DNA from: Gaiellaceae bacterium
GTDB lineage: Bacteria > Actinomycetota > Thermoleophilia > Gaiellales > Gaiellaceae
DNA: 64,000 nt
Direction of reading: 5' to 3'
Assembly (NCBI GenBank): GCA_035518115.1
Contig: DATIXY010000084.1
Coordinates: forward strand, 1,865-65,864
Shown: one piece after another, positions 1 to 8,732 of the stretch
Layout: every line of letters starts with the position of its first letter
How positions within the stretch are numbered: the first letter of the stretch is position 1
Made by a program: the position numbers and the translations under genes
The notes under the pieces: generated by a model
The model's database searches: none
What the model was told of the DNA's origin: nothing
The model's input: only the letters and a program-made list of their open reading frames with translations

Positions 1-147
1 ACCGTGAACGAGGAGCCGCCCGCCCCGTTCGGCGGGTTCGGCGTCTCGTCGAACGGCGGGCACTTCGGCGGCGTCGCCAACCTCGAGCTGTGGACCGAGT
101 GGCAGTGGGTGACGTCGCGCGACAAGGCGACGCCGTTCCCCTTCTAG
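1..147 (+). CDS. aldehyde dehydrogenase family protein, C-terminal fragment (5' end outside window)
   Basis: Frame 1 is open from base 1 to TAG at 145-147: TVNEEPPAPFGGFGVSSNGGHFGGVANLELWTEWQWVTSRDKATPFPF. This parallels the C-terminus of the complete ALDH at 14860-16338 (PFGGVKDSGWGRFGG...DEFTELRWITV...HPFPF). It is absent from the ORF track because no start lies in the window. Confidence 0.6.
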   Translation, partial: TVNEEPPAPFGGFGVSSNGGHFGGVANLELWTEWQWVTSRDKATPFPF

Positions 148-151
148 TCGA

Positions 152-176
152 GTGGGGGAAACCATGTTTCCCCCAC
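152..176. terminator. perfect hairpin between convergent genes (possible bidirectional intrinsic terminator)
   Basis: GTGGGGGAAA (152-161) and TTTCCCCCAC (167-176) are exact reverse complements around a 5-nt spacer. The hairpin starts 5 nt after the ALDH stop and is followed by the T-rich CTTGCCCGCTTCTTCTTC. Confidence 0.5.
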
Positions 177-355
177 TTGCCCGCTTCTTCTTCGCGCGAC
201 GACGCGACGCGGATCGTTGAGTTGGCCTCCCGCCGGGCAAAGCCCGGCTCGGGCCGGTCGAGGAGCGCGAAGCCCGGCGCGTTCAACTCGACCCGCGCGC
301 GTTACCTCGATGTCGTCGGTGAGCACGAGCACGTGGTCGAGGCGCGCGAGTGGCA

Positions 356-2329
356 TCAGGCCGGCTCCCGTGTCCGTGCGTAGTCGACGAACGGCTCGAT
401 CGCGCCGGGATCGACGAGCGCATCCGTGCTGGCGACGTCCTCCGCGCGGGTTCCCGTGAGGATGCGCTTGACAGGGAGCTCGAGCTTCTTGCCGGTGAGC
501 GTGCGCGGGATCGCCGGGACCGCGACCACCGCGTCGGGCGCGTGGCGAGGCGACAGCCCGTTCCTGAGTGCTCCCGCGATGCGGCCGCTCAGCTCGTCGT
601 CGAGCTCCTTCCCGGGCCGCAGGACGACGAAGAGCAGCAGCTCGTCGTCCTGTTCGAGATGCACGACGAGGCTGTCCGTCACCTCGTCGATCTCCTCGAC
701 CACCGAGTAGAACTCGCTCGTGCCGAGACGGACGCCGCCGCGGTTGAGCGTCGCGTCGGACCGGCCGGTGATCACCGAGCTTCCGCGCTCGGTGAACGCG
801 ATCCAGTCACCGTGCCGCCAGACGCCTGGAAAGTCCTCGAAGTAGGCCGCGCGGTACCGCAACCCGTCCGGGTCGTTCCAGAAGCCGACGGGCATCGACG
901 GCATCGGCCGGCGGATCACCAGCTCGCCGAGCTCCCCCACCACCGGCGTCCCGTCGGGCCCGAATGCCTGGACGTCGACGGCGAGGCAGCGGCCCGACAT
1001 CTCCCCGGCGTACACGGGCAGCAGCGGGTAGCCCTGGACGATGCCGGTGCAGATGTCGGTGCCCCCGCTGCCGAGATTCAGGAGGACGTCCGCGTCGAAC
1101 TGCTCATAGAGCCACGCGAAGCCCTCGAGCGCCAGCGGCGAGCCCGCGACGCCGAGCGTCCGGATCGACGACAGGTCGAGGCGGCCGGGCTCGACGCCCT
1201 CCTTGCGGGACGCCATCACGAAGCTGGGGCTGAGGCCGAGCATCGTCGGCCGCAGCTGCTCGGCGAGCCGCCACTGCGCGCCGAGGTCGGGATGCACCGG
1301 GTTGCCGTCGATCAGCACGATCGACGCGCGCACGAGCAGCGTCGAGACGAGGGCGTTCCACATCATCCAGGCCGTCGTGGTGAACCACTGGAGCCGGTCG
1401 CCCGGCCGGATGTCCCACGACAGCGCGTGGTTCTTCAGGTGCTCCAGCAGGATGCCGCCGTGGGCGTGGACGATCGCCTTCGGCAGGCCGGTCGTCCCGG
1501 ACGAGAACAGCACGTACAGCGGATGCGCGAACGGAACGGGCTCGAAGGCGAGCGGCGCTTCCTCGGCGAGCAGGTTGCCCCACTGCACGGTGCCCGGCAG
1601 GGCGTCCTCGTCGCCGCCGCCGTACGGCACGTGGACGACCGCGCGCAGCGACGGCAGCTGACTGCGAATCGTCTCGACCTCCGTCCGGCGGTCGACCTGC
1701 TTGTCGCCGAAGCGATACCCCGCGACGGCGAGCAGCACGGTCGGCTCGAGCTGGCCGAGCCGGTGGATGACGCTGCGCACGCCGAACTCCGGCGGGCACG
1801 TCGCCCAGACGGCGCCGATGCTCGCCGCCGCGAGGAACGCGACGACCGTCTCGGGGATGTTCGGCAGGTACGCGACGACCCGGTCTCCCGGCTGCACGCC
1901 CAGCCGCAGCAGGCCGGCCCGCGCCCGCGCCACCTGGCCGCGCAGCTCTCCGAACGTCAGATCGATCCGCGCGCGCGTCTGCGAGACGGCGACGATCGCG
2001 AGCTCGCCGGCGTCCTCCTCGCGGCCGAGCATGTGCTCGGCATAGTTGAGAAGCGCGCCTTCGAACCACACGGCGCCCGGAAGGTCGTGGGACGAGAGCA
2101 CGCGCTCGTAGCGCCGGTGCGCGTTGATCTCGAAGAAGTCCCAGAGCGACGCCCAGAACGCCTCCAACTCGTCGACCGACCACTGCCAGAGCTCGTCGTA
2201 CCCGGCGAAGTCGAGCGCCCGGTCGTCGCGAAGCCAGCGCAGGTAGCGCGCGAGCTCCGAGTGCTCGCGCGCGTCCGCGGTCGGAGTCCAGAGGACCTCT
2301 CCCTGCTGGAGCGCCCGCGTGCTCGCCAC
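356..2329 (-). CDS. acetoacetate--CoA ligase (acetoacetyl-CoA synthetase), AMP-forming
   Basis: 657-aa ORF. The N-terminus (LWTPT...ELARYLRWL...FAGYDELWQWSVDELEAFWASLWDFFEI) and the SSGTTGLPKAIVH AMP-binding motif are typical of acetoacetyl-CoA synthetases. GTG start at 2329, 1 nt after the upstream stop. Confidence 0.9.
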   Translation of the reverse strand: MASTRALQQGEVLWTPTADAREHSELARYLRWLRDDRALDFAGYDELWQWSVDELEAFWASLWDFFEINAHRRYERVLSSHDLPGAVWFEGALLNYAEHMLGREEDAGELAIVAVSQTRARIDLTFGELRGQVARARAGLLRLGVQPGDRVVAYLPNIPETVVAFLAAASIGAVWATCPPEFGVRSVIHRLGQLEPTVLLAVAGYRFGDKQVDRRTEVETIRSQLPSLRAVVHVPYGGGDEDALPGTVQWGNLLAEEAPLAFEPVPFAHPLYVLFSSGTTGLPKAIVHAHGGILLEHLKNHALSWDIRPGDRLQWFTTTAWMMWNALVSTLLVRASIVLIDGNPVHPDLGAQWRLAEQLRPTMLGLSPSFVMASRKEGVEPGRLDLSSIRTLGVAGSPLALEGFAWLYEQFDADVLLNLGSGGTDICTGIVQGYPLLPVYAGEMSGRCLAVDVQAFGPDGTPVVGELGELVIRRPMPSMPVGFWNDPDGLRYRAAYFEDFPGVWRHGDWIAFTERGSSVITGRSDATLNRGGVRLGTSEFYSVVEEIDEVTDSLVVHLEQDDELLLFVVLRPGKELDDELSGRIAGALRNGLSPRHAPDAVVAVPAIPRTLTGKKLELPVKRILTGTRAEDVASTDALVDPGAIEPFVDYARTREPA

Positions 2330-2330
2330 G

Positions 2331-3353
2331 TCAGGGGACGAGCACGGCCCGGCCGGTGACGTCCCCGGCCCGCAGCGCGTCGAGGACGTCGTTCACCGAC
2401 GCGAGAGCATGCGACTCGGCGCGGAGCGTCACGTCACCGCGCGCGTGCAGCTGGAGCAGCTCCCAGAGGTCGACCCAGCTCCCGACGAGGTTCCCGGCGA
2501 TCGTGTGCTCGGCGCCGATCAGCCCGACCGACGGGACGGTGAGCATCCCCCCGTAGCCGACCACCGAGTAGAAGCCGTGCCGCGCGAGCATCTCCATGCT
2601 CGATGCGTGCGTCGTGTCGCTGCCGACGAAGTCGACGACCACGTCGACGCCCCGCCCGTCCGTCGCCTCGCGCACGGCGCCGGCGACGTCGTCCTGCTCG
2701 CCGAGCACCTCGTGTGCCCCGAGCTCGCGGGCGAGCCGGCGCCGGCGCTCATCGGTGTCGACCGCGATCACGTCCGATGCGCCGAGCACGCGCAACAGCT
2801 GCAGCGCGATGTGCCCGACGCCGCCGACACCGATCACCGCCACGCTCGACCCGGGGCCGAGGCGCGGCACGAGCCTCTTCACTGCGTGGTAGGCGGTGAT
2901 GCCGGCATCCGCATGGGGAGCGACGGCGGCCGGCTCGATCCCGGCCGGGAGCGGGACGAGCGATCGCTCGTCGACGAGCACGTAGTCGGCAAAGCCGCCG
3001 TCACGCGTGAGCCCGGTGAACTGATGACGCTCGCAGTGCATGTCCAGCCCGCGCCGGCACGAGACGCAGAGACCGCAGCTGTAGGGCGGATAGAGCAGCA
3101 CCGGGTCGCCGACGCGTGCGGTCGTGACATCGTCGCCCGTCGCGTGCACCCAGCCGGCGTTCTCGTGGCCGAGCACGACCGGCAGCCTGACCCCGACCGT
3201 CTCCATCAACCCGTCGATCGCGTGGAGGTCGGTCGCGCACACACCGGCGCCCCCGACTCGCACCACCACGTCGCGGCGGCGAACCGGCTCCGGATCGGGC
3301 CGCTCGACGAGCTCGAGGCGCGCGTGGTAGTCGGAGAGGAGCGCGGCCTTCAC
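2331..3353 (-). CDS. zinc-dependent alcohol dehydrogenase (MDR family)
   Basis: 340 aa with GVCATDLH, GHENAG and the structural-zinc Cys cluster CGLCVSCRRG, plus the GVGGVGH Rossmann motif. The GTG start at 3353 overlaps the upstream stop (GTGA). Confidence 0.9.
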   Translation of the reverse strand: MKAALLSDYHARLELVERPDPEPVRRRDVVVRVGGAGVCATDLHAIDGLMETVGVRLPVVLGHENAGWVHATGDDVTTARVGDPVLLYPPYSCGLCVSCRRGLDMHCERHQFTGLTRDGGFADYVLVDERSLVPLPAGIEPAAVAPHADAGITAYHAVKRLVPRLGPGSSVAVIGVGGVGHIALQLLRVLGASDVIAVDTDERRRRLARELGAHEVLGEQDDVAGAVREATDGRGVDVVVDFVGSDTTHASSMEMLARHGFYSVVGYGGMLTVPSVGLIGAEHTIAGNLVGSWVDLWELLQLHARGDVTLRAESHALASVNDVLDALRAGDVTGRAVLVP

Positions 3354-4798
3354 GCGGCGAGGTACCCGTGCTCGTCGGCGTCGAGGTGCTCGGCGAGGCG
3401 CGTCGCGAGGGCCATGATCGTCAGCGACGGGTTCACCGACAGCGTGCGCGGCACGACGGAGCCGTCGCCGACGTAGAGCCGCTTCACCTCGTGTGACTCA
3501 CAGTGCCGGTCGACGACGGAGCGCTCGGGGTCGTCGCCCATCCGGCAGGTGCCCTGCACGTGCGTGGAGGCGAGGCCGCTCCAAGCGATCTGGCGCGCAC
3601 CGGCCGCAAGCAGCACCTTCCGGCTGAAGTCGAACGCCCGCTCGATGCGCTCGAGCTCGACGGGCTGGAAGTCGATGTCGAACCGCTCGCCGCCATTCTC
3701 CTCGACGACCACGGACGCGTTGTTCTCGTCGTTGACCATCGCGAGGACGCCCACCCAGCGCCGGAAGCCTCGCAGCGCCTCGACGAGGCGATCGCCCCAG
3801 AGCGGGCCGTCCTCGTCGGTGAGCGTCGTCGCGAACGAGATCGGATCCTGGATCGTGGTCGCCTCGATCGCGAAGCCGCCGTCCTCGTCGTGCTGGAAGT
3901 CCATGCAGTGCGCGCTGATCGGGTACACCATGTGGGTGTCCTGCGGCTCGTCGAACAGACCGTAGACGAGCCTGACGGGATGCAGGCCGAGGTTGCGGCC
4001 GATCCACGACCCGTCGAGCCCCGACTTGCGGAGCAGCTGCGGCGTGTTCAGGGTCCCCGCGGCGACGACCACCGTGCGGGCGCGCACCGTCTGCCGGCCG
4101 CCCGCGGCGTCGGTGTACTCGACGCCGCTCGCCCGTGGGCCGTCGCCGGAGTCCTCGACCACGACCCGCTCCACCGTCGCGTTCGCGCGCAGGTCGAGCA
4201 GCCCGCGGGCCCATGCCTCGTGGATGTAGGTGTTCTGCGTCGACTTGCCGGCGTTCGTCGGGCAGCCCTGCAGGCACGAGCCGCAGCGCATGCAGTTGAC
4301 GTCCGTGTACGAGTGCACCGGCTCGAGCTCGACGCCCATCGCGCGAAAGCCCGGGAGCACCGTGTGCACGCTCTTGCCCCAGTCGCGCCGCTCCCGCACG
4401 CCCAGCACCTGCTCGACCCGGTCGTAGAAGGGCGCCAGATCGCCGGCCGTGAACGGCGCGCCCCGCTCGTTGGTGAGCCCGGTGAGGCCGTGCCACTTCG
4501 CAACGTCCCGCTCGTGCGCGCGCAGGGCGACCTTCGTGTTGATCGTCGTCGTGCCGCCGACACAGCGGCCCGCGAGGAAGGCGAACATCTCGCCGTTCGG
4601 GAGGGGGACGAGCCGGAGCGGCCACCACATGTCGTGGTTCGCCTTCGCCTCCCACCGCGTGAAGTCCGCGGCGGTGAGATGCGGGCCCGTCTCGAGCAGC
4701 ACCACGTCGCGGCCGCGCTGCGCGAGCTCGCCGGCGACGACTCCCCCGCCCGCGCCCGAGCCGACGACGACGACGTCGTGCGTGCCGTCGTCCGTCAT
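3350..4798 (-). CDS. GMC family FAD-dependent oxidoreductase
   Basis: The track ORF 3350-5197 has an R-rich, junk-like N-terminus. The real start is the internal ATG at 4798 (MTDDGTHDVVVVGSGAGGGVVAGELA..., an FAD GxGxxG motif). The C-terminal THVQGTCRMG...VVD....V..LYV.DGSV.P block is the GMC signature. ATGA overlap with the upstream stop. Confidence 0.9.
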   Translation of the reverse strand: MTDDGTHDVVVVGSGAGGGVVAGELAQRGRDVVLLETGPHLTAADFTRWEAKANHDMWWPLRLVPLPNGEMFAFLAGRCVGGTTTINTKVALRAHERDVAKWHGLTGLTNERGAPFTAGDLAPFYDRVEQVLGVRERRDWGKSVHTVLPGFRAMGVELEPVHSYTDVNCMRCGSCLQGCPTNAGKSTQNTYIHEAWARGLLDLRANATVERVVVEDSGDGPRASGVEYTDAAGGRQTVRARTVVVAAGTLNTPQLLRKSGLDGSWIGRNLGLHPVRLVYGLFDEPQDTHMVYPISAHCMDFQHDEDGGFAIEATTIQDPISFATTLTDEDGPLWGDRLVEALRGFRRWVGVLAMVNDENNASVVVEENGGERFDIDFQPVELERIERAFDFSRKVLLAAGARQIAWSGLASTHVQGTCRMGDDPERSVVDRHCESHEVKRLYVGDGSVVPRTLSVNPSLTIMALATRLAEHLDADEHGYLAA

Positions 4799-5169
4799 GC
4801 GATCCCCATGAACGACCAGTCCTTGGCGAGCCGCGTCGCAAGCGGCGAGTTGAAGTCGATCTCCGACCACGCTCCCGGCCCCTCGGCGCCGGAAGCGACG
4901 AAGTCGCTGTAGAACGCCTCGACCGCCAGCGCGCGGACGAAGCCGAACGCCGGGGTCGCAGCGTGCTCGGCCAGCGACGTCGCGTCGGTCGCGCCTGCTA
5001 GCTCGTCGATCGAGGCGATCGCGAAGCCCTGCACCCCGGGCGGCAGCGCGGCGAGGTGCGCGTCGATGTACGTCGCGGGTCCGACGCGCTCCGAGCCCGG
5101 CACGAGCAGCTCGCAGAGGCGCGCCAGCGCCAGCGCGCGATCGTCGTCGAGCACCCGAAGCGTCGTCAG
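4795..5169 (-). CDS. small subunit partner of the GMC oxidoreductase (gluconate 2-dehydrogenase subunit 3-like)
   Basis: Only the C-terminal ~120 aa of track ORF 4795-6009 look protein-like (LDDDRALALARLCELLVPGS...VEAFYSDF...). That matches my recollection of the small-subunit family found next to GMC dehydrogenases. The start is uncertain: either CTG at 5169, overlapping the LivF-like stop as CTGA, or GTG at 5154. Confidence 0.6.
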   Translation of the reverse strand: MTTLRVLDDDRALALARLCELLVPGSERVGPATYIDAHLAALPPGVQGFAIASIDELAGATDATSLAEHAATPAFGFVRALAVEAFYSDFVASGAEGPGAWSEIDFNSPLATRLAKDWSFMGIA

Positions 5170-5927
5170 AGCACGCCCTCCGTCGGCGGAAGTGCACCGG
5201 CCTGCTCGCGTAACAGGTAGGCCGAATGCAGGCGCTCGGGATGCTCCTTGAGCTCGGCGGCAGTCCCCTGATACACGATACGGCCGCCTTCGATCACGTA
5301 GGCGTTCTCCGCCAACCCCAGCGCGACGTGCACGAACTGCTCGATCAGGAGGACGCCGATGCCGTCGGCCGCCGCGCGCTCGAGGGCGGGGATCAGGCGC
5401 TTGACCACGACCGGCGCGAGCCCGAGCGACAGCTCGTCGACGAGGATGAACCTGGGCCGAGACACGAGCGCCTGGGCGAGAACGACCATCTGCTGCTCGC
5501 CGCCCGACAACGTGCGTGCGATCGCGCCCCAGCGGGCCTTGAGCTGCGGGAAGATCTCGAGCGCGAGATCGATGCCGCCCTTCGCGTCCTCGCGGCTCAG
5601 CGAGTAGGTCGCGACGCGCAGGTTGTCGTGCACCGTCAGATCCGGCAGCAGCCGCCGGCCTTCCGGCACGATCGCGACGCCCGCCTTGCGAATGTGCTCC
5701 GGCCGCATACGCGTCAGGTTGAGGTCGCCGATCGTGACGGTCCCGCCGCTCGGGCGGAGGACACCGCCGACCGCGAGCACCATCGTCGACTTGCCCGCGC
5801 CGTTCGGGCCGAGCAGCGTCGTCACCGCACCGGGGGCGATCTCGAGCGAGACCTCGCGGACGACGGGCTTCCCGCCGCGGGCGACCGAGAGGCTCTCGAT
5901 CCGGAGCGGCGCGCCGTTGGCGCTCAC
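5166..5927 (-). CDS. HAAT (branched-chain amino acid type) ABC transporter ATP-binding protein, LivF-like
   Basis: 253 aa with Walker A GPNGAGKST, the LSGGEQQM signature and the LivF-type C-terminus. ATGA overlap with the upstream gene. Confidence 0.9.
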   Translation of the reverse strand: MSANGAPLRIESLSVARGGKPVVREVSLEIAPGAVTTLLGPNGAGKSTMVLAVGGVLRPSGGTVTIGDLNLTRMRPEHIRKAGVAIVPEGRRLLPDLTVHDNLRVATYSLSREDAKGGIDLALEIFPQLKARWGAIARTLSGGEQQMVVLAQALVSRPRFILVDELSLGLAPVVVKRLIPALERAAADGIGVLLIEQFVHVALGLAENAYVIEGGRIVYQGTAAELKEHPERLHSAYLLREQAGALPPTEGVL

Positions 5928-6679
5928 GGGGCGGCCCCCACACCCGAGCCCGACTCCGAGTCGTCGATCGGCGTCTCGGTGCCGAGGTACGCGCGCATGA
6001 CGTGCTCATCCCGGAGCACCTCGGCCGTCGGCCCGGACGCGACGAGCTTCCCGAAGTCGACGACGGCGGTCGTCTCGCAGCACGCGGAGACGAGGCTCAT
6101 GTCGTGGTCGACGAGGATGACGAGCGCGCCGACCTCGCCCGGGATCTTCTGGATCACCTGTGCCAGATGCGCGGTCTCCTCGTCGGGCAGGCCGGCGGCA
6201 GGCTCGTCGAGCAGGACGATGCGCGGCTTTCCGACGACGGCGCGCGCGACCTCCACCAGCCGGCGCTCGCGCGCGCCCAGCCCGCCGACCTTGGCGTGCG
6301 GCGCGGTCTCGAGCCCGACGAACTCGATCGCCTTCAGGACGTCGTCCTTGCGCGTCGCGCGCTTCGCCCCCGAGTGCTCGTGGATCAGCGCCACGTTGTC
6401 GTAGACGCTGAGCTTCTCGATCGCCATCTCGGTCTGGAACGTGCGCCGGAGCCCCCAGCGGGCGCGCTTGTAGTCCGAGACCTTGAGCAGGTTCTGCCCG
6501 AACGCGGTGATCGTTCCCGCCGCGGGCTTCACGAAGCCGCTGAGCACGTTGAAGAACGTGGTCTTGCCCGCGCCGTTCGGGCCGATCAGCCCACAGGTGC
6601 CGTCGGGGAAGACGACGCTCATGTCGTCGATCGGCGTGACACCGGCGAAGCGGACGGTCAGGCCCTGCACCTCGATCAC
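5924..6679 (-). CDS. HAAT ABC transporter ATP-binding protein, LivG-like
   Basis: The real start is the GTG at 6679 (VIEVQGLTVRFAGV...GLIGPNGAGKTTFFN). It overlaps the permease stop (GTGA). The upstream part of track ORF 5924-7090 is R/P-rich junk. Confidence 0.9.
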   Translation of the reverse strand: MIEVQGLTVRFAGVTPIDDMSVVFPDGTCGLIGPNGAGKTTFFNVLSGFVKPAAGTITAFGQNLLKVSDYKRARWGLRRTFQTEMAIEKLSVYDNVALIHEHSGAKRATRKDDVLKAIEFVGLETAPHAKVGGLGARERRLVEVARAVVGKPRIVLLDEPAAGLPDEETAHLAQVIQKIPGEVGALVILVDHDMSLVSACCETTAVVDFGKLVASGPTAEVLRDEHVMRAYLGTETPIDDSESGSGVGAAP

Positions 6680-7758
6680 GTCGGCTCCTCCGTCGTCTCC
6701 TTCGCCGACTCGGGCGGCTCCTTCTTCGGCGGGCTCAGCCGGCGCACCCCCCGCCAGACGAGGCGCCCGAGGTTGGCCATGTCCTTCGGGAACTGTTCGG
6801 TGAGCCCGCCCGGCGCCGTCAGCAGCACCTGGAGCAGGCCGGCGCCGAAGAGGATGAGGAGGAAGTTCGGGTTGAACCCCCACTGCGCCTGGAAGATGAA
6901 CGGCAGCAGTTGGTTGAAGAGGCCGGCGACGACGGCGCCCCAGAGGCTGAAGATGCCGCCGATCAGAGCCGTCGCGGCGAGCGTCAGCGAATCCTGCGTC
7001 TGGAAGGTGATCGCGCGGGGCTCGCCGATCTGCGCCGCGAGCAGGCACCCCGCGACCCCGGTCATGAACGACGAGAGGCCGAACGCCCACAGCTTGTACT
7101 TCACGGTGTTCACGCCGGCCGCAAGCGCAGCCGGCTCGCTCTCGCGAATCGAGGCCCAGGCGCGGCCGGGCTTGCCGGCGACATGGACGAGCGCGATCAG
7201 GAACATGATCGCGGCCACGATCACGACGTAGCGGTAGTAGGCGACATCCGAGGTCGCCATCGCGGGGCGCCGGACCGCATTCAGCCCGATCAGGCTGGAG
7301 TTGCTCGTGTAGCCGAGGAAGCCGTGGCCGCCGTTCGGAAACTGCGTCGCTCCGAGCACGACGGTCGTCGCGCCGGCGAACATCAGCGTGATCAGCGCGA
7401 GGTACAGGCCCGAGAGGCGCAGCGCGGGAAGGCCGATGATCACGCCGATCAGGCAGACGATGCCGCCGACGACCAGCAGCAGGAGGGGGAACGGGATCGC
7501 CGTTGCGTACGCCAGCCTCGTCCCGATCCAGCAGCCGATCGAGAGCAGCGCGATCTGGCCGAGCGAGATCATCCCGACCCGGCCGTACAGGACACCGAAG
7601 CCCAGCGCGGCGAGCGAGTAGATGGCGACGCTCGTGAACGTCGTGATCCAGTCCGCGCCGACGAGCTTCGGAACGGCGGCGACGACGATCACGAGGAGAA
7701 CCGCGATCACGAGGCCGCGGATCACGACCGCGCGTTCGAGATGAAGGCTGCTGCTCAC
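6676..7758 (-). CDS. HAAT ABC transporter permease, LivM-like
   Basis: Hydrophobic multi-TM protein (IRGLVIAVLLVIVVAA...ISLGQIALLSIG...). The GTG at 7758 overlaps the LivH-like stop (GTGA). An alternative GTG lies at 7725. Confidence 0.85.
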   Translation of the reverse strand: MSSSLHLERAVVIRGLVIAVLLVIVVAAVPKLVGADWITTFTSVAIYSLAALGFGVLYGRVGMISLGQIALLSIGCWIGTRLAYATAIPFPLLLLVVGGIVCLIGVIIGLPALRLSGLYLALITLMFAGATTVVLGATQFPNGGHGFLGYTSNSSLIGLNAVRRPAMATSDVAYYRYVVIVAAIMFLIALVHVAGKPGRAWASIRESEPAALAAGVNTVKYKLWAFGLSSFMTGVAGCLLAAQIGEPRAITFQTQDSLTLAATALIGGIFSLWGAVVAGLFNQLLPFIFQAQWGFNPNFLLILFGAGLLQVLLTAPGGLTEQFPKDMANLGRLVWRGVRRLSPPKKEPPESAKETTEEPT

Positions 7759-8681
7759 TGCGCGCGGGAGATCGTCACGACCCGGCGCCGCGAAAGGATG
7801 AGCAGCGCGGCGATTGCAAGGACGAACGGGGCTGCCGACCGGTACTGCGTGATCGAGGCATACGGCGCGAGCACCGCCTGCGCGAGCCCGACCAGGAGGC
7901 CGCCGAAGAGGGTCACCCACAGCGACCGAAGGCGTCCGATCAGGGCCGCAGCGAGCGACGAGATCACGAGGAAGGTGAGCGCCGAGTAGTCGAGCGAGGT
8001 GAGCAGGTCGGGCAGGATCAGCCCGGCTGCGCCGCAGACGAGCCCGGATCCGAACCACGCGGCGGCCTCGACCCGGCGGGCGGGAACGCCCAGCGTGGCG
8101 GTGATCTCGCGGTCGTTCGCGAGGGCGCGCATCGCCGTGCCGAGCTTGGTCACGCGCAGGAAAATCGTGATGAAGGCCGTGAGGGCGAACGCGAGGCTCA
8201 GTGCGATGATCTGCGTGAGGTTCACCGGCGTCCCCAACACCTGGTACTGGTGGGACGTCGTCGGGAGCGGCAGGAAGCGCGCGAACGCACCGCCGATCGG
8301 CGCGCGCCACGCCATGATCCCGAGCAGGATCAGCGCGAGCCCGAGCGTGCCCATCATCTTCACGAGCGGGTCGCGCCGTGCGAAGGCGGGGCCGAAAACC
8401 ATGCCGTAGGCAAGGTTGACGACCCCGCCGAACACGACGCAGACCGTGTAGGCCAGCCAGTGCGGCCAGCCCGTGTGGGTGACGATCCAGTAGGCGATCA
8501 ACGCCCCGCCGGCACCGATCGCGCCGAACGCGAGGTTCAGCACGCCGGTCGCGCGGTACAGCACCACCAGGCCCACGCCGGAGAGCGCGTACACGCCTCC
8601 GAACGCCAGCCCGACGACGATGAACGGCTTCAGGAACTGCCATTCGACGCCGAAGATGCTGAACGCGAGGACGCCGCTCAA
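7755..8681 (-). CDS. HAAT ABC transporter permease, LivH-like
   Basis: 308-aa multi-TM protein with VLYRATGVLNLAFGAIG typical of LivH. TTG start at 8681 preceded by GGGGAAG. Confidence 0.9.
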   Translation of the reverse strand: MSGVLAFSIFGVEWQFLKPFIVVGLAFGGVYALSGVGLVVLYRATGVLNLAFGAIGAGGALIAYWIVTHTGWPHWLAYTVCVVFGGVVNLAYGMVFGPAFARRDPLVKMMGTLGLALILLGIMAWRAPIGGAFARFLPLPTTSHQYQVLGTPVNLTQIIALSLAFALTAFITIFLRVTKLGTAMRALANDREITATLGVPARRVEAAAWFGSGLVCGAAGLILPDLLTSLDYSALTFLVISSLAAALIGRLRSLWVTLFGGLLVGLAQAVLAPYASITQYRSAAPFVLAIAALLILSRRRVVTISRAQ

Positions 8682-8732
8682 CTGCTTCCCCGCCGGTTGT
8701 CGATCGCCTTGGTCGTCACGTCCGTCTGTCTC

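Noticed and set aside
232-248. Hairpin GCCGGGC-AAA-GCCCGGC downstream of the acetoacetyl-CoA synthetase gene
   Set aside because: It is a short stem with no flanking T/U run. Structures of this size arise frequently by chance in GC-rich DNA.
144-356. 70-aa minus-strand ORF whose ATG shares a base with the acetoacetyl-CoA synthetase stop (TGATG). Its first 20 aa (MPLARLDHVLVLTDDIEVTR) resemble a VOC/glyoxalase beta-1 strand
   Set aside because: After about 20 residues the sequence degenerates into R/A/G/P-rich text, and no alternative frame restores a VOC fold. It is at best a decayed gene remnant. I did not call it as a feature, though a tblastn check would be worthwhile.
350-2359. 669-aa plus-strand ORF covering the whole acetoacetyl-CoA synthetase locus
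   Set aside because: It is antisense to a gene with clear family motifs. Its translation is R/D/E/A/G-rich with no recognisable domain, the usual artefact of stop-poor frames in very GC-rich DNA. The same reasoning applies to 1104-2183, 3503-4912, 5226-6404, 6002-7231 and similar ORFs.
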